Virus record (IMG/VR): IMGVR_UViG_3300037312_000757
Source of the DNA: a virus
Lineage: Duplodnaviria > Heunggongvirae > Uroviricota > Caudoviricetes
Reading direction: 5' to 3' (one strand)
DNA length: 64,000 bases
In this document: one piece after another, positions 17,539 through 27,056 of the stretch
Numbering within the stretch: the stretch's first letter is position 1
How the letters are laid out: every line of letters begins with the position of its first letter
The notes under the pieces: generated by a model
What the model was told of the DNA's origin: nothing
Seen by the model: only the letters and a program-made list of their open reading frames with translations
Databases searched by the model: none
Position numbers and translations under genes: made by a program

Positions 17539-17567
17539 ATGATAACGCAATTAGTTCACCGCGTCAA
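17539..17567 (-). promoter_or_regulatory. sigma70 promoter of tmRNA
   Basis: TTGACG-17nt-TATCAT. Confidence 0.75.
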
Positions 17568-17800
17568 GCGCTGTTTGCACCCAGGTGGCTGTTATTCACA
17601 ACACTCCGAGGAAGCGCTTTGAAGACGGCATGGCGATCGTTCTTGACGGCAATGCCTTGAGGTTTGAAGAAGGGAGCCATTGGGTCCTGTCTTGCGTAGG
17701 TGTCTTCCATAGCGTCGACCCATTCGAAGAAACGCTTGCGGTCGTATTCTTCGGGCGTTGTGCAGCCGTGCGCTGCGAGGAAATCTTGCTCATCGTGCAT
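17564..17800 (-). CDS. hypothetical protein
   Basis: Start MHDEQ after AGGAGA. Confidence 0.55.
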   Translation of the reverse strand: MHDEQDFLAAHGCTTPEEYDRKRFFEWVDAMEDTYARQDPMAPFFKPQGIAVKNDRHAVFKALPRSVVNNSHLGANSA

Positions 17801-17894
17801 GGTCTCTCCTAGTTGCCATGTGCCATATTGTAGCAGTATGATGGCAACCGTCAAGGACCAAAATAGAAATGGTACCAACGTGGTACCATTTGCT

Positions 17895-18383
17895 TTACTT
17901 CTGTGCGTTGTTGTCTAGAATGCGGTTGATCATTCCACTTTCCCACGCTTGTCGATATCGACAGTCCTCGGCGTGATACGAAACGTCCGGTGTTTTCGTC
18001 ATACACGAACACAGCGGAAAGTCTTGTAAGGCAGCTTGCATTTCTGCAAGCTTATTGGCCTCAATCTCTTCATGAATCTGTGCAGCATGTGCAGCACGCG
18101 CAGCAAGAGACCGTTCACAAACTTCGCGGAGTCGTTCAGTGTCATTTTTGCTGAGCATAACCGTATCCCAGTGACCGTACTTTGAAGTATATCCAAATAC
18201 GTACTTGACTGCAACCCAGATTCGCTTAAACACATTGTGATACTGGTTGAGATACGCGCTCAGGTACAATTCACCTTCTTCTGTATCGAACGTAAACTTG
18301 AACGTATGTTCATCACTACCACAATCGCAGTCGAAGTGATGTTTTTCAAATCCTTCCCACATATTATCCCCTTTTACAGCCAA
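17895..18383 (-). CDS. conserved phage hypothetical protein
   Basis: CDCGSDEH...RIWVAVKYVFG; C-terminal CxC...H...C. Confidence 0.7.
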   Translation of the reverse strand: MAVKGDNMWEGFEKHHFDCDCGSDEHTFKFTFDTEEGELYLSAYLNQYHNVFKRIWVAVKYVFGYTSKYGHWDTVMLSKNDTERLREVCERSLAARAAHAAQIHEEIEANKLAEMQAALQDFPLCSCMTKTPDVSYHAEDCRYRQAWESGMINRILDNNAQK

Positions 18384-18634
18384 CGCAACTTGAACACCAT
18401 TGCGTCAGCTTCTTCTTTTATATGAACAGTGACAATTGGGTCGCCACCATTGAAGCGGTTGATTGCTTCGTATTCACCTGTCATCGTCTCTTTCATCCAC
18501 TCGATAACAGCATAACGTTCGTCGTGAGTGCCATACACCCAGCAATGCCAACCTACGATGTCTTCTTCGAATCGTTTTTCAGATCCGAACGGGAAGGACC
18601 ACCCGTCATGATATTGCCAATAATCAACTCGCAT
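18374..18634 (-). CDS. small 'FKLxW' family protein
   Basis: EWMKETM...RFNGGDP...DAMVFKLRWL. Confidence 0.8.
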   Translation of the reverse strand: MRVDYWQYHDGWSFPFGSEKRFEEDIVGWHCWVYGTHDERYAVIEWMKETMTGEYEAINRFNGGDPIVTVHIKEEADAMVFKLRWL

Positions 18635-19556
18635 TTGCTGCCTCAAACAATTCAACATAGTCTACATCTGGTGTTTGGATCTCACCCCAGTGGTCGATTG
18701 CAAATTCACGGAACCATCCTGACGTCAAGTTCGTGCAAATACGCATCAATGCGCGACCATATGCTTTTAACGGATCAGTTTCCTTACCAGGAATCACGTA
18801 GCGCTCAAGTGCGATAACCATCGCTTCTTCACGAACAGTTCTCAGCTTGTTTTCGTGAGACTGTCGTTCAAACAGTTGCTTGTCGATCCACGCTTTTGAT
18901 GGATCGTTCTTCAGAACCTGGTACATTGGCGTATCGTGATACTTCACGATATCATGCAAGTCATCGTGTTCGTAGACTCGTTTCAATGCACGCTCACTCT
19001 TTGCGAAAAACTGTGCATTAGACTGATTTAAGCGTGCCTCGAATCGTTTGCCAAACTTTGCTTCATTCTCTGCTAGGCGGGCGTTGAAGAAGTCGACATG
19101 TTCACGAAGAAAATTTCCACAATACGGCTTCATGTACGTCAAGTCAGAAATCGTCTTTTGCCAGTGAACTTGCCAATAGACATGGCTACGTTTCATCAAG
19201 TACAGGTACTCAATTGGCGGAACATGGCCAGTCGTGTCGACTGGCACGCCGTCGTCAATGCACAGCGTGATATGCATCGGTGTGAATGTATCGCGCATAT
19301 CCCACAACATCTGAGAACTTGGGTTCACTTCGGCAATTTCAAGCTCAACCCGACGCCCACACTTCAACAGACACTTGAACTTCCACGGTGACGTGGGAAT
19401 CATGTACTCGATGTACTTTTGGTTTCTTGTGGCCCAGTCATGTATCTGAGTCAACGAACCAATCATGTCGAGATCATTAGCAGTTCTTAATGCTTGCCGT
19501 CCCTGAAGTCTATTCAAATGATTCAAGCCATATGAGCCAACCACAATCATTGTCAT
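18624..19556 (-). CDS. conserved large-phage protein, possible nucleotidyltransferase fold
   Basis: VVGS...DLD, K.SH, HDDLH, EE.MV.ALER, GWFR. Confidence 0.75.
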   Translation of the reverse strand: MTMIVVGSYGLNHLNRLQGRQALRTANDLDMIGSLTQIHDWATRNQKYIEYMIPTSPWKFKCLLKCGRRVELEIAEVNPSSQMLWDMRDTFTPMHITLCIDDGVPVDTTGHVPPIEYLYLMKRSHVYWQVHWQKTISDLTYMKPYCGNFLREHVDFFNARLAENEAKFGKRFEARLNQSNAQFFAKSERALKRVYEHDDLHDIVKYHDTPMYQVLKNDPSKAWIDKQLFERQSHENKLRTVREEAMVIALERYVIPGKETDPLKAYGRALMRICTNLTSGWFREFAIDHWGEIQTPDVDYVELFEAANAS

Positions 19557-19828
19557 TAGTCCGATGATTCGTCTTCGCTGCTATCGTAATCGCCGTCGTC
19601 GTATGAACTACCAGGTACCACCGCCATCTCTTTTTCCGCCGTGTCGAGGATAGCTTTCACACCCATCAAAGGAATTTGTCCACTACTCTCTTTGGTGAAT
19701 CGAGTCTGGCGCACTGTGAGCTCAGCCTCGGCTTCGGCACGAGTCAGTTCAGCTGCTTTGTACCGGTTGACGACGCTTTGGATAGCGTCGACCGTTTTAC
19801 GGAGGATAGCGAGGGCGTTCGTGGACAT
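19556..19828 (-). CDS. hypothetical protein
   Basis: 90 aa, acidic C-terminus. Confidence 0.6.
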   Translation of the reverse strand: MSTNALAILRKTVDAIQSVVNRYKAAELTRAEAEAELTVRQTRFTKESSGQIPLMGVKAILDTAEKEMAVVPGSSYDDGDYDSSEDESSD

Positions 19829-19887
19829 ATTCAGTTAGTACAGTAATGGCAACCAATGATAGTACACTTTTGTTGCCATTACTACAA

Positions 19888-20799
19888 TCAAATAACCGAC
19901 TTTAGGACCGAAGACAACGCAGGTGACGTCATCTTCGATGCAATGTCCTTGAAGCAAGGGTCAGATTGAATCGCGCTCATCGCGTTTGCAATACCAATCT
20001 TCATTTGGTTTTCGATAGCGATCGCTGCTGAGTCTACTACATTAACGACAGTAGAGATCGCCGACTTGACACTAGCGGTTGCTGAACTGATTGCTGAATG
20101 AATGTCGTTAAAGACTTCACTCGCAATGGGAACACCAGGAATCGATGTTGGCAACCCAGTAATCGGATCGATTGGACCAACTTGAGGTAGTGCATTCTTC
20201 ACAGCATTTGCAAAGTTTGATACCGCACTACCAATTGATGACTCAAGTGCGTTGATCTCTGATCCGATTGAACCGTAGAGCTGACCTAAAGACGATTGGA
20301 CAGCATGGATTCCATCCGAGATGCCCTGAATTGCAGCACATGCAGAAGGTGCTGAGCCGGGGTTTACCGCGTTCAGACGTGCATTCAATGCGTTCTGGCT
20401 TTGCGCAGTTGACAACATTGACATCGCATTCGGTACACCAATCGATTGGGTAATCGTTGATGTCTGAGTACCATAACTGAACAGTTGACTTGGAATTGAA
20501 GTCACACCGTTCAATGTTGGCATCACTTGACTAGTCATCTGGGCTGTGATCTGATCCATCGACTGCAATCCACCGCCACTATGAATGTCGAGCATGTCAG
20601 ATAAGTGACCACGCAATGCAGCAATATCAGCAGCAGCAACGCCTGAGGCGTTGGTCATGGCTGTATCAAAATCAGCGAGCGATGGAAGATTACCCATCGC
20701 ACTATGAATAGCACCAAATGCAGAACCACTGAAAGGATTTTGAATAAACTGGCTAGGGTTCAGAGCCAGAACACCACTTAGTTGACTTTCGCCAATCAT
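19888..20799 (-). CDS. putative virion protein (Ser/Ala-rich)
   Basis: Follows PAAR gene; amphipathic composition. Confidence 0.6.
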   Translation of the reverse strand: MIGESQLSGVLALNPSQFIQNPFSGSAFGAIHSAMGNLPSLADFDTAMTNASGVAAADIAALRGHLSDMLDIHSGGGLQSMDQITAQMTSQVMPTLNGVTSIPSQLFSYGTQTSTITQSIGVPNAMSMLSTAQSQNALNARLNAVNPGSAPSACAAIQGISDGIHAVQSSLGQLYGSIGSEINALESSIGSAVSNFANAVKNALPQVGPIDPITGLPTSIPGVPIASEVFNDIHSAISSATASVKSAISTVVNVVDSAAIAIENQMKIGIANAMSAIQSDPCFKDIASKMTSPALSSVLKSVI

Positions 20800-20809
20800 A
20801 TTATTTTCC

Positions 20810-21067
20810 TTAACCGCAATCGCTTGTTGGGGAACCACCAGTAATGATAGCTCCGCAACTTAGCTGATCACCAATTCGCGCTGTCCCGAGTGAGTCGGTT
20901 TGTACTGTTGTAGAACCACCAACAATAGTGACGGTGCCATGCTCGTGACAATAAGCAGTATCACCCACTCGAGCAGCACCAAGACCGTCAACGGTCACGT
21001 CGCCACTAGCTGACGTAATATATCCACCATGGGTGTGACTATCACCCAGTCTTGCAACGCCACCCAT
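20810..21067 (-). CDS. PAAR-repeat spike tip protein (T4 gp5.4-like)
   Basis: Three ARxGD repeats, C..HG, CGA.I..GS. Confidence 0.9.
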   Translation of the reverse strand: MGGVARLGDSHTHGGYITSASGDVTVDGLGAARVGDTAYCHEHGTVTIVGGSTTVQTDSLGTARIGDQLSCGAIITGGSPTSDCG

Positions 21068-21399
21068 TACAGCTTGATGTTTGAATCAACGAGTTCAATA
21101 GACGAAGTAGCCTTGCGATACTGTGAAGCAGCATCTGAACGTGCAAGTGCTGGTTCGACCATCAGACGGCTTTCGTGAATCACATAGTCGTCTGAGTCAT
21201 CACGACCAAGCATGAAAGGGGCGAACTGAACAGCACCTTGACCATTGCCAACTGGCACCAGCTGCATGATAACTGGTTTTGTAACAGTGTATTTGCCGTT
21301 ATCAAAGCTTGAGAATGTTGCGAGGATTTCCTCACCGTTCATGAACTTGAGAACGATGACGTCGCGTGCGTCGAAAGGTTGAGAGTTATTAACAAGCAT
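21067..21399 (-). CDS. conserved hypothetical protein (Sm-like pattern)
   Basis: LKF.NGEEILA...KP...Y..ATS.I. Confidence 0.7.
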   Translation of the reverse strand: MLVNNSQPFDARDVIVLKFMNGEEILATFSSFDNGKYTVTKPVIMQLVPVGNGQGAVQFAPFMLGRDDSDDYVIHESRLMVEPALARSDAASQYRKATSSIELVDSNIKL

Positions 21400-21488
21400 T
21401 ATTGCTTCCTTTTGTAATTGTGGTATGATTATAAAAGAAGATGGCTAGGTATTCAAAATACCTAGCCATCTTGCTGAATAATTACTAA

Positions 21489-22496
21489 TTAGAAATCGAG
21501 TTCGTCGTCGAAGTTGACGTCACCACCAATACCAACTGTGTAGTCAGCAACGGTACGCTCGAAGAAGTTTGTATGGCTGCTCAAATCTTGCAGTTCCATG
21601 AATGGGAATGGGTTCTGTGACTTGTACTTTGGCAGCATACCAAGACGAACACGACGTGCATCACCAATGTATTGGAGATATTCGCGCATCTGTTCCTTGG
21701 TCATACCAGCAACGCCGAGTGACAGTGCTTCTTCAGCAAACTGCATTTCACATTCGATCGCTTCATCGATCATGTCGCTGACTTGTTGTGCGAAGTCATC
21801 ATTCCAAAGCTCTGGATATTCTGAACGGATCAGGTCAACCAGTTCGAACGCAACTTCCATATGCTTGGACTCATCACGGAACACCCAGTTGGTGCCGCTA
21901 CCAAGACCATGCAGGTAACCCTTGCTACGCAGGTAGTAGACATATGAGAACGCGCCGAAGAAGAACAACCCTTCGATAGCTGCCGCAAATGTGATCAGGT
22001 TCAACAGGAACGTGCGACGATCTTCTTCAGTCTCGAGACGGTCAATCTTTGCTGATTGGTCGAGATACTTGAAGCAGAAGTCACCCTTGCGCTTGATACT
22101 TGGGATTTCATCCAGTGCAGCAAATGCTTTTGCGCGATCTTCTGGATCTGGCAAGTACTCGTCAAGCAGTGTCAAGTAGAACTGAACGTGCAGTGCTTCT
22201 TCGAAGATCTGACGTGAGTAATACAGACGTGCTTCTGGTGAATTCACGTGCTTGTACAGATTGAGAACTGCATTTTCACCAACGATGCTGTCGCCAGTGG
22301 CGAAAAATGCAACGATGTATTGCACAACTTGTTTTTCAGCAACCGTGAGCTTGTCACGCAAGTGTTCTTTGTCTGTGGAGAACGAGATTTCTTGCACTGT
22401 CCAGTTATTCTTCTGTGCATCAACAAAGTGATTAAACAGTTTTGGATAGCGCATTGGGCGCAGGGTGTGATTGAACCCCGGATCAAGAATTGGCAT
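21489..22496 (-). CDS. nrdB: ribonucleotide reductase class Ia beta subunit
   Basis: FFATGD, EEALH..FY, IEG.FF, RDESKH, NFFE. Confidence 0.95.
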   Translation of the reverse strand: MPILDPGFNHTLRPMRYPKLFNHFVDAQKNNWTVQEISFSTDKEHLRDKLTVAEKQVVQYIVAFFATGDSIVGENAVLNLYKHVNSPEARLYYSRQIFEEALHVQFYLTLLDEYLPDPEDRAKAFAALDEIPSIKRKGDFCFKYLDQSAKIDRLETEEDRRTFLLNLITFAAAIEGLFFFGAFSYVYYLRSKGYLHGLGSGTNWVFRDESKHMEVAFELVDLIRSEYPELWNDDFAQQVSDMIDEAIECEMQFAEEALSLGVAGMTKEQMREYLQYIGDARRVRLGMLPKYKSQNPFPFMELQDLSSHTNFFERTVADYTVGIGGDVNFDDELDF

Positions 22497-22539
22497 TGTT
22501 ACCTCAATAATTTCTAATTTTTATTCAGCGATGGATGGC

Positions 22540-23016
22540 TTACTCGTCATCCAATTCTTCTACGAACTCGTGATCGAGCAGGATAGGGAAGTCTGGCTTA
22601 TTCAGTGCTTCAGTATCGAAGTCACCTACGTCATAGCTCAATGTGATATGGCATTTGTATTCTGGGAAGTCATACGTTGCTCCCTTTGCCATTGCTTCGT
22701 CGAAACGCTTATGTTGATATGAACTGTAATAGTGCCACACCAAGCAACGTTTGCCACCTCGAGTATCCCACGTCTCGAGTACGGAAGAGTCTGTATTTAC
22801 CTTCAAGTTTATGCGTTCTGCCGGAGTCCAATCAATATTGGTGCGTGAATATACGACGGTAGAATGCAGGTCTTCGGGTGATACAGGATCGGGGATATTG
22901 TTACGGCGTTGAAACTCGACGATTGCGTCGATGGTTTCTTGTTTGAATTTGACAGCGACGTAGATTCCGGGAGCCTCGCCCCCGGAAGTCACTGTATTGT
23001 CAGCGACATCAGCCAT
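22540..23016 (-). CDS. acb1: 2H phosphoesterase, T4 gp57B/Acb1-like anti-CBASS protein
   Basis: YVAVKF...LHSTVVYSR...GATYDF..Y..HITLSYDVG matches the T4 57B pattern. Confidence 0.85.
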   Translation of the reverse strand: MADVADNTVTSGGEAPGIYVAVKFKQETIDAIVEFQRRNNIPDPVSPEDLHSTVVYSRTNIDWTPAERINLKVNTDSSVLETWDTRGGKRCLVWHYYSSYQHKRFDEAMAKGATYDFPEYKCHITLSYDVGDFDTEALNKPDFPILLDHEFVEELDDE

Positions 23017-23289
23017 TTACTTACCTGTTGCTGGTGTAGTTGCTGATGTTGTTGCGGCGGTAGCTGTGTCAACAACTGCTGACACTTCTGTTGCAACTGT
23101 TGCTGTTGCATCAACCGCAGCTTCTGCTGCTGTTTCTACAACTGGCGCCTTCTTTGTGATCTTTGACCACAAAGCCTTTGCCCATGCTGGTTGTGGAATG
23201 TTCCAACCGATCAACATACCGATCAAGAGAACGATAAGTGATGTCTTGGAGATCAGGCCACCTGTGATGAAACTGAGAATTGTTTCCAT
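23017..23289 (-). CDS. small membrane protein
   Basis: TM + GWNIPQPAWAK + Ala/Thr tail; TAAATA upstream. Confidence 0.65.
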   Translation of the reverse strand: METILSFITGGLISKTSLIVLLIGMLIGWNIPQPAWAKALWSKITKKAPVVETAAEAAVDATATVATEVSAVVDTATAATTSATTPATGK

Positions 23290-23349
23290 AATGGTACCTC
23301 AATATTAAGCCCAACGTAATTATTGAGCTTAATATTTATGGCATCAATA

Positions 23350-25803
23350 TTATTGGCAACTTTCGCAGATTTCTGGCTCTGGTGGATTAGCATCACCACC
23401 CTTGCCTTCTGATTGCGTAGTTTGTGTGACTGTGGTCTTCGCAATCTTTGTCGCTGCCTTACCACGCAGGTAGTAGCTAGTCTTCAGACCGGATTCCCAC
23501 ACCATCATGTACATTGCTGACAGTGTTGCAATGCGCTTGTCTTCAGGAATCTTGTTCATGTCCAAGAACAAGTTCATTGATTGGCTTTGATCAATGAATG
23601 GACCACGTGCCGCAGCGTGTTCAATGATCTTCTTCTGTTTGATTTCCCATACTGTCTTGTACAGTGCGTACAAATCAGCTGGAAGACCAGGAATAGCTGC
23701 CAATGAACCATTGCTCTGCTTCAGCAGGTTAATGGTTTCCGTGTTCCAACGACCAAGCTTCTTGAGGTCTTCAACCATGTAGCGATTGACATCAACGAAT
23801 TCACCGCTGAGTGTTTCACGCTTGAACAGGTTTTCCTTTGTCGGCTCTGTACATTCTTGCGCACCAGTAATTGAAGCAATTGTCGCTGTTGGAGCGATAG
23901 CGATTGACAAGCTGTTACGAAGACCGTGCTTCTTGATCTCTTCCTTCAATGCATCCCAACGAGCTGTGTCCTTGGGGGTCACACCCCACAGGTCAAATTG
24001 CAGCTTGCCTTGTGCAGCATGTGTTTTGTCGAAGTCACGATGTGGACCAAATTGCTTTGCCAGTTCGCAGCTTGTCTTCAATGCCTGATAGTAAATCTCT
24101 TCCTGAATCTGAGCTGACATTGCAACAGCTTCATCGCTCTCGAATGGGAGACGCAGCTTGTAGAACAAGTCTTGAAGACCCATCAAACCCAGACCAACTG
24201 GACGCCAGTGGTTGTTTGAAGCCTTAGCTTCATGCACTGGGTAGAAGTTACGATCAATAACGCGATCCAGGAATCGCATAGCGATGTCCACGTTCCGGTG
24301 CAGCTTGGCTGTGTCAAGCTTGCCGTTCTTCACGTAGTTGCCTGCGTTGATTGAGCCGAGGTTACATACGGCCACTTCTGAACCAACGATTGCAACAAAG
24401 TCACCGTTCTGATCTGTGCCAATAACGTTGATATTCTGTTCGATCAGATCTTGCGCTGACAGCTTCATGAAGTCTTCACGCTTGATGATCTGTTCTTGAC
24501 CTGAGCTTGTGACTTCCAGAATTTCTGTACACAAGTTTGACAGGTGAACAACGTAACCATTTGTTGCTTGGTTGCACTTCTTGTTCGCTGCATCACGGAA
24601 GTTCATCCAACCGTTACCGGTTTCCGCCAATGTCTTCATCATACGTGCGAAAATCTTACGTGCTGGTAGTTGCAGTGAGGCCTTGCCTTGTGCTTCCAGT
24701 TCGAGATAACGTGCTTCGTACTCATCGCCAAACATGTCGTTCAGTTCTGGTGCAACTGCTGGGTCAAACATTGACCACATTTCGTCAGCCTTGACACGCT
24801 TCATGAACAAGTCAGGAACCCAGTTAGCTAGGTTCAGGTTGTATGCACGCTTTTCCTTTTCACCAGCATTGTCACGCAGTTCCAGGAACTCCATGATGTC
24901 TGGGTGGTGTGTATCCAGGTATGCAGCAAGAGCGCCCTTACGCTTACCACCTTGGTTAACCGCACCGACTGAACCACTCAGTGTGTGCAACCATGGTGTA
25001 ATGCCGTTCGACTTACCGTTGGTGCCCTTAATCAGTGAGCCGCTTGAGCGAACACGTGAGTAAGACATGCCAACACCGCCCGCAAACTTGGACAGCTTTG
25101 CAACATCCTTGTACTTCTTGTAGATATCACCCAGATCGTCGATTGGGGAATCGAGCAAGTAGCATGATGACATCTGGCTGTGTCGCGTTCCTGAGTTGAA
25201 CAGCGTTGGCGTTGATGTCATGTAGTCATGTGATGACAACAGGTTGTAGAATTCAATTGCTTCAGCAGCAGTGTTTGCAAGACCACAAGCAACACGCAGG
25301 AAGAAGTATTGTGGAGTTTCTATAACCAGACGTGAAGTTGGATGCTTCAACAGGTAACGATCGTACACCGTCTTGATACCGAAGTATTCAAATGCGTTGT
25401 CACGATCAACCTTGATTGCGGCATTCAGCTTGCGCTTATTCTCCATGACCAGCTTGTATGTTTCATCACCGATCAGGCCGTTGTCAAAACCAACTTGAAT
25501 TGATTGGCTGAAGCTGTGGATTTCTTGACCAGTAACTTCCTTGTCAATGAAATTTGCCATCAAGCGGGAAGCAACCTTCCCGTATGCTGGTTCTTCAACC
25601 ATAAAGCCCAGTGCTGTTTGGATACTGAGCAGATCCAGTTCACGTGTTGGAACGCCATCATACAGGCCACCAACAGTCTTAATAGCGACCTTCAAGAAGT
25701 CCAACTCACCAAGACCTTGACATACACGCTCGATTGAGCTAACGATCTTTTCGAGTTTTACTTCTTCAAACTCACCATTTCGTTTCTGTACCTTCTGTTG
25801 CAT
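23350..25803 (-). CDS. nrdA: ribonucleotide reductase class Ia alpha subunit with ATP cone
   Basis: KRNG ATP cone, TPTLFN, SSCY, SNLCTEI, VCNL, APTA, C-terminal CxxC. Confidence 0.97.
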   Translation of the reverse strand: MQQKVQKRNGEFEEVKLEKIVSSIERVCQGLGELDFLKVAIKTVGGLYDGVPTRELDLLSIQTALGFMVEEPAYGKVASRLMANFIDKEVTGQEIHSFSQSIQVGFDNGLIGDETYKLVMENKRKLNAAIKVDRDNAFEYFGIKTVYDRYLLKHPTSRLVIETPQYFFLRVACGLANTAAEAIEFYNLLSSHDYMTSTPTLFNSGTRHSQMSSCYLLDSPIDDLGDIYKKYKDVAKLSKFAGGVGMSYSRVRSSGSLIKGTNGKSNGITPWLHTLSGSVGAVNQGGKRKGALAAYLDTHHPDIMEFLELRDNAGEKEKRAYNLNLANWVPDLFMKRVKADEMWSMFDPAVAPELNDMFGDEYEARYLELEAQGKASLQLPARKIFARMMKTLAETGNGWMNFRDAANKKCNQATNGYVVHLSNLCTEILEVTSSGQEQIIKREDFMKLSAQDLIEQNINVIGTDQNGDFVAIVGSEVAVCNLGSINAGNYVKNGKLDTAKLHRNVDIAMRFLDRVIDRNFYPVHEAKASNNHWRPVGLGLMGLQDLFYKLRLPFESDEAVAMSAQIQEEIYYQALKTSCELAKQFGPHRDFDKTHAAQGKLQFDLWGVTPKDTARWDALKEEIKKHGLRNSLSIAIAPTATIASITGAQECTEPTKENLFKRETLSGEFVDVNRYMVEDLKKLGRWNTETINLLKQSNGSLAAIPGLPADLYALYKTVWEIKQKKIIEHAAARGPFIDQSQSMNLFLDMNKIPEDKRIATLSAMYMMVWESGLKTSYYLRGKAATKIAKTTVTQTTQSEGKGGDANPPEPEICESCQ

Positions 25804-25836
25804 ATTCTTTTTATTCTTATTCTAGTGGAGGGAATT

Positions 25837-26286
25837 CTATTTAGCCTTATAGCTTCTTCCCGAGTACTGATATTCAAACTTAATATCGAGATCATCTTTG
25901 GCCTCTGATATAAGTGCAGGTGTGGCATAACTATAGTTGAGTAGAAACTCATCGTCAATTTTAACCACTAGAAATTCAGCACATTCTTCCGCAGAGTAAA
26001 CATACTGCAACGAAAGACGCTTAGGATCCCAACCTGAAAGACGCAACGTTGCTTCCATGGCGACTGCCAAAGCATTTTGGCAGAGATCACCCGAATACAA
26101 CATTTCCCAAACAGTCATCCATGACTTTGGTTCATAAGGATCAAGGCTACGCTTGTTTAGGGGAGCGAGACCCCACCAACGGCATACCTTTTCGAGTTGT
26201 TCTGATTCTGGGAGTGAAGGCAACCCATCACGAAAGGTTGTCCACTCGTTGAGCCGTTCAGAAGGCTCTAACATGAATGGATTCAT
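25837..26286 (-). CDS. conserved jumbo-phage hypothetical protein
   Basis: ERL.EW..FR...W.T.WE motif. Confidence 0.7.
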   Translation of the reverse strand: MNPFMLEPSERLNEWTTFRDGLPSLPESEQLEKVCRWWGLAPLNKRSLDPYEPKSWMTVWEMLYSGDLCQNALAVAMEATLRLSGWDPKRLSLQYVYSAEECAEFLVVKIDDEFLLNYSYATPALISEAKDDLDIKFEYQYSGRSYKAK

Positions 26287-26288
26287 TT

Positions 26289-26951
26289 TTAGAACTGAGC
26301 GTTAAAAGTTACGACTGAATAATACAGTTTGGCATTGACATTGCTGTTATTAGTATATGTCAATGTTGCAACACCCGCATTAACGGATATAGCTACTTCA
26401 AAGACTGATAAGTTTTCGAATGCGATTGGATCAGTATAGCCAAAGTAATCCATACCAACGTCCACACGGTCGTCAAGTACATTACCGGCGCTCTGGTTCA
26501 TCACAATCGAGAACGTGCCTTTTCTGATAGCTGTTGGAACATTCTCAAAACATAGCATATACCGTACTTCGGCCACATTTATTTGTGCAGCATTCCATAC
26601 TAAATCAGTTGTGCCTGTTGGGCCCGATGAATTGGCTGGAAGAACAATGCTATTAAATTGAGTCTGCAATTGACTAGCCACATTCTTGATGAATGCTACT
26701 GACGAAGAAGTCTCAGTCAGCACACGAATGTTGGCATAGGGGAATTCTGCTTGACGCTCAAGGTCAAACAATTGGTAGTTTGGATCTGAACCAATGAACA
26801 GCTCACCCGTATCTTTGGCAAAGCCAAATTCACCAGGATCAAGACCCGGCGGATTCGATGACGTGTTCACCATAGGCTGACCTGGCAGCTCTACAGCAAG
26901 GCCCGTGCGAGCCATCATTTTTCCAGTGATTGTTATTGGTGTTGTTGACAT
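26289..26951 (-). CDS. virion/tail structural protein
   Basis: L.PGEFGFA.DT.ELFIG motif; late promoter upstream. Confidence 0.7.
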   Translation of the reverse strand: MSTTPITITGKMMARTGLAVELPGQPMVNTSSNPPGLDPGEFGFAKDTGELFIGSDPNYQLFDLERQAEFPYANIRVLTETSSSVAFIKNVASQLQTQFNSIVLPANSSGPTGTTDLVWNAAQINVAEVRYMLCFENVPTAIRKGTFSIVMNQSAGNVLDDRVDVGMDYFGYTDPIAFENLSVFEVAISVNAGVATLTYTNNSNVNAKLYYSVVTFNAQF

Positions 26952-27056
26952 AATTAACTACCCTGTTATTCATGTATTTAGTATGAGTGAACTGTTGCTG
27001 GCATAGTATTGTTGCGTTAGTCTTGTAATACGGTTTACGTCACTGAGGACCCTCCA

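Noticed and set aside
16971-17660. ORFs 16815..17129 (5' part), 17169..17390 and 17466..17660
   Set aside because: They overlap the tmRNA and its terminator; spurious
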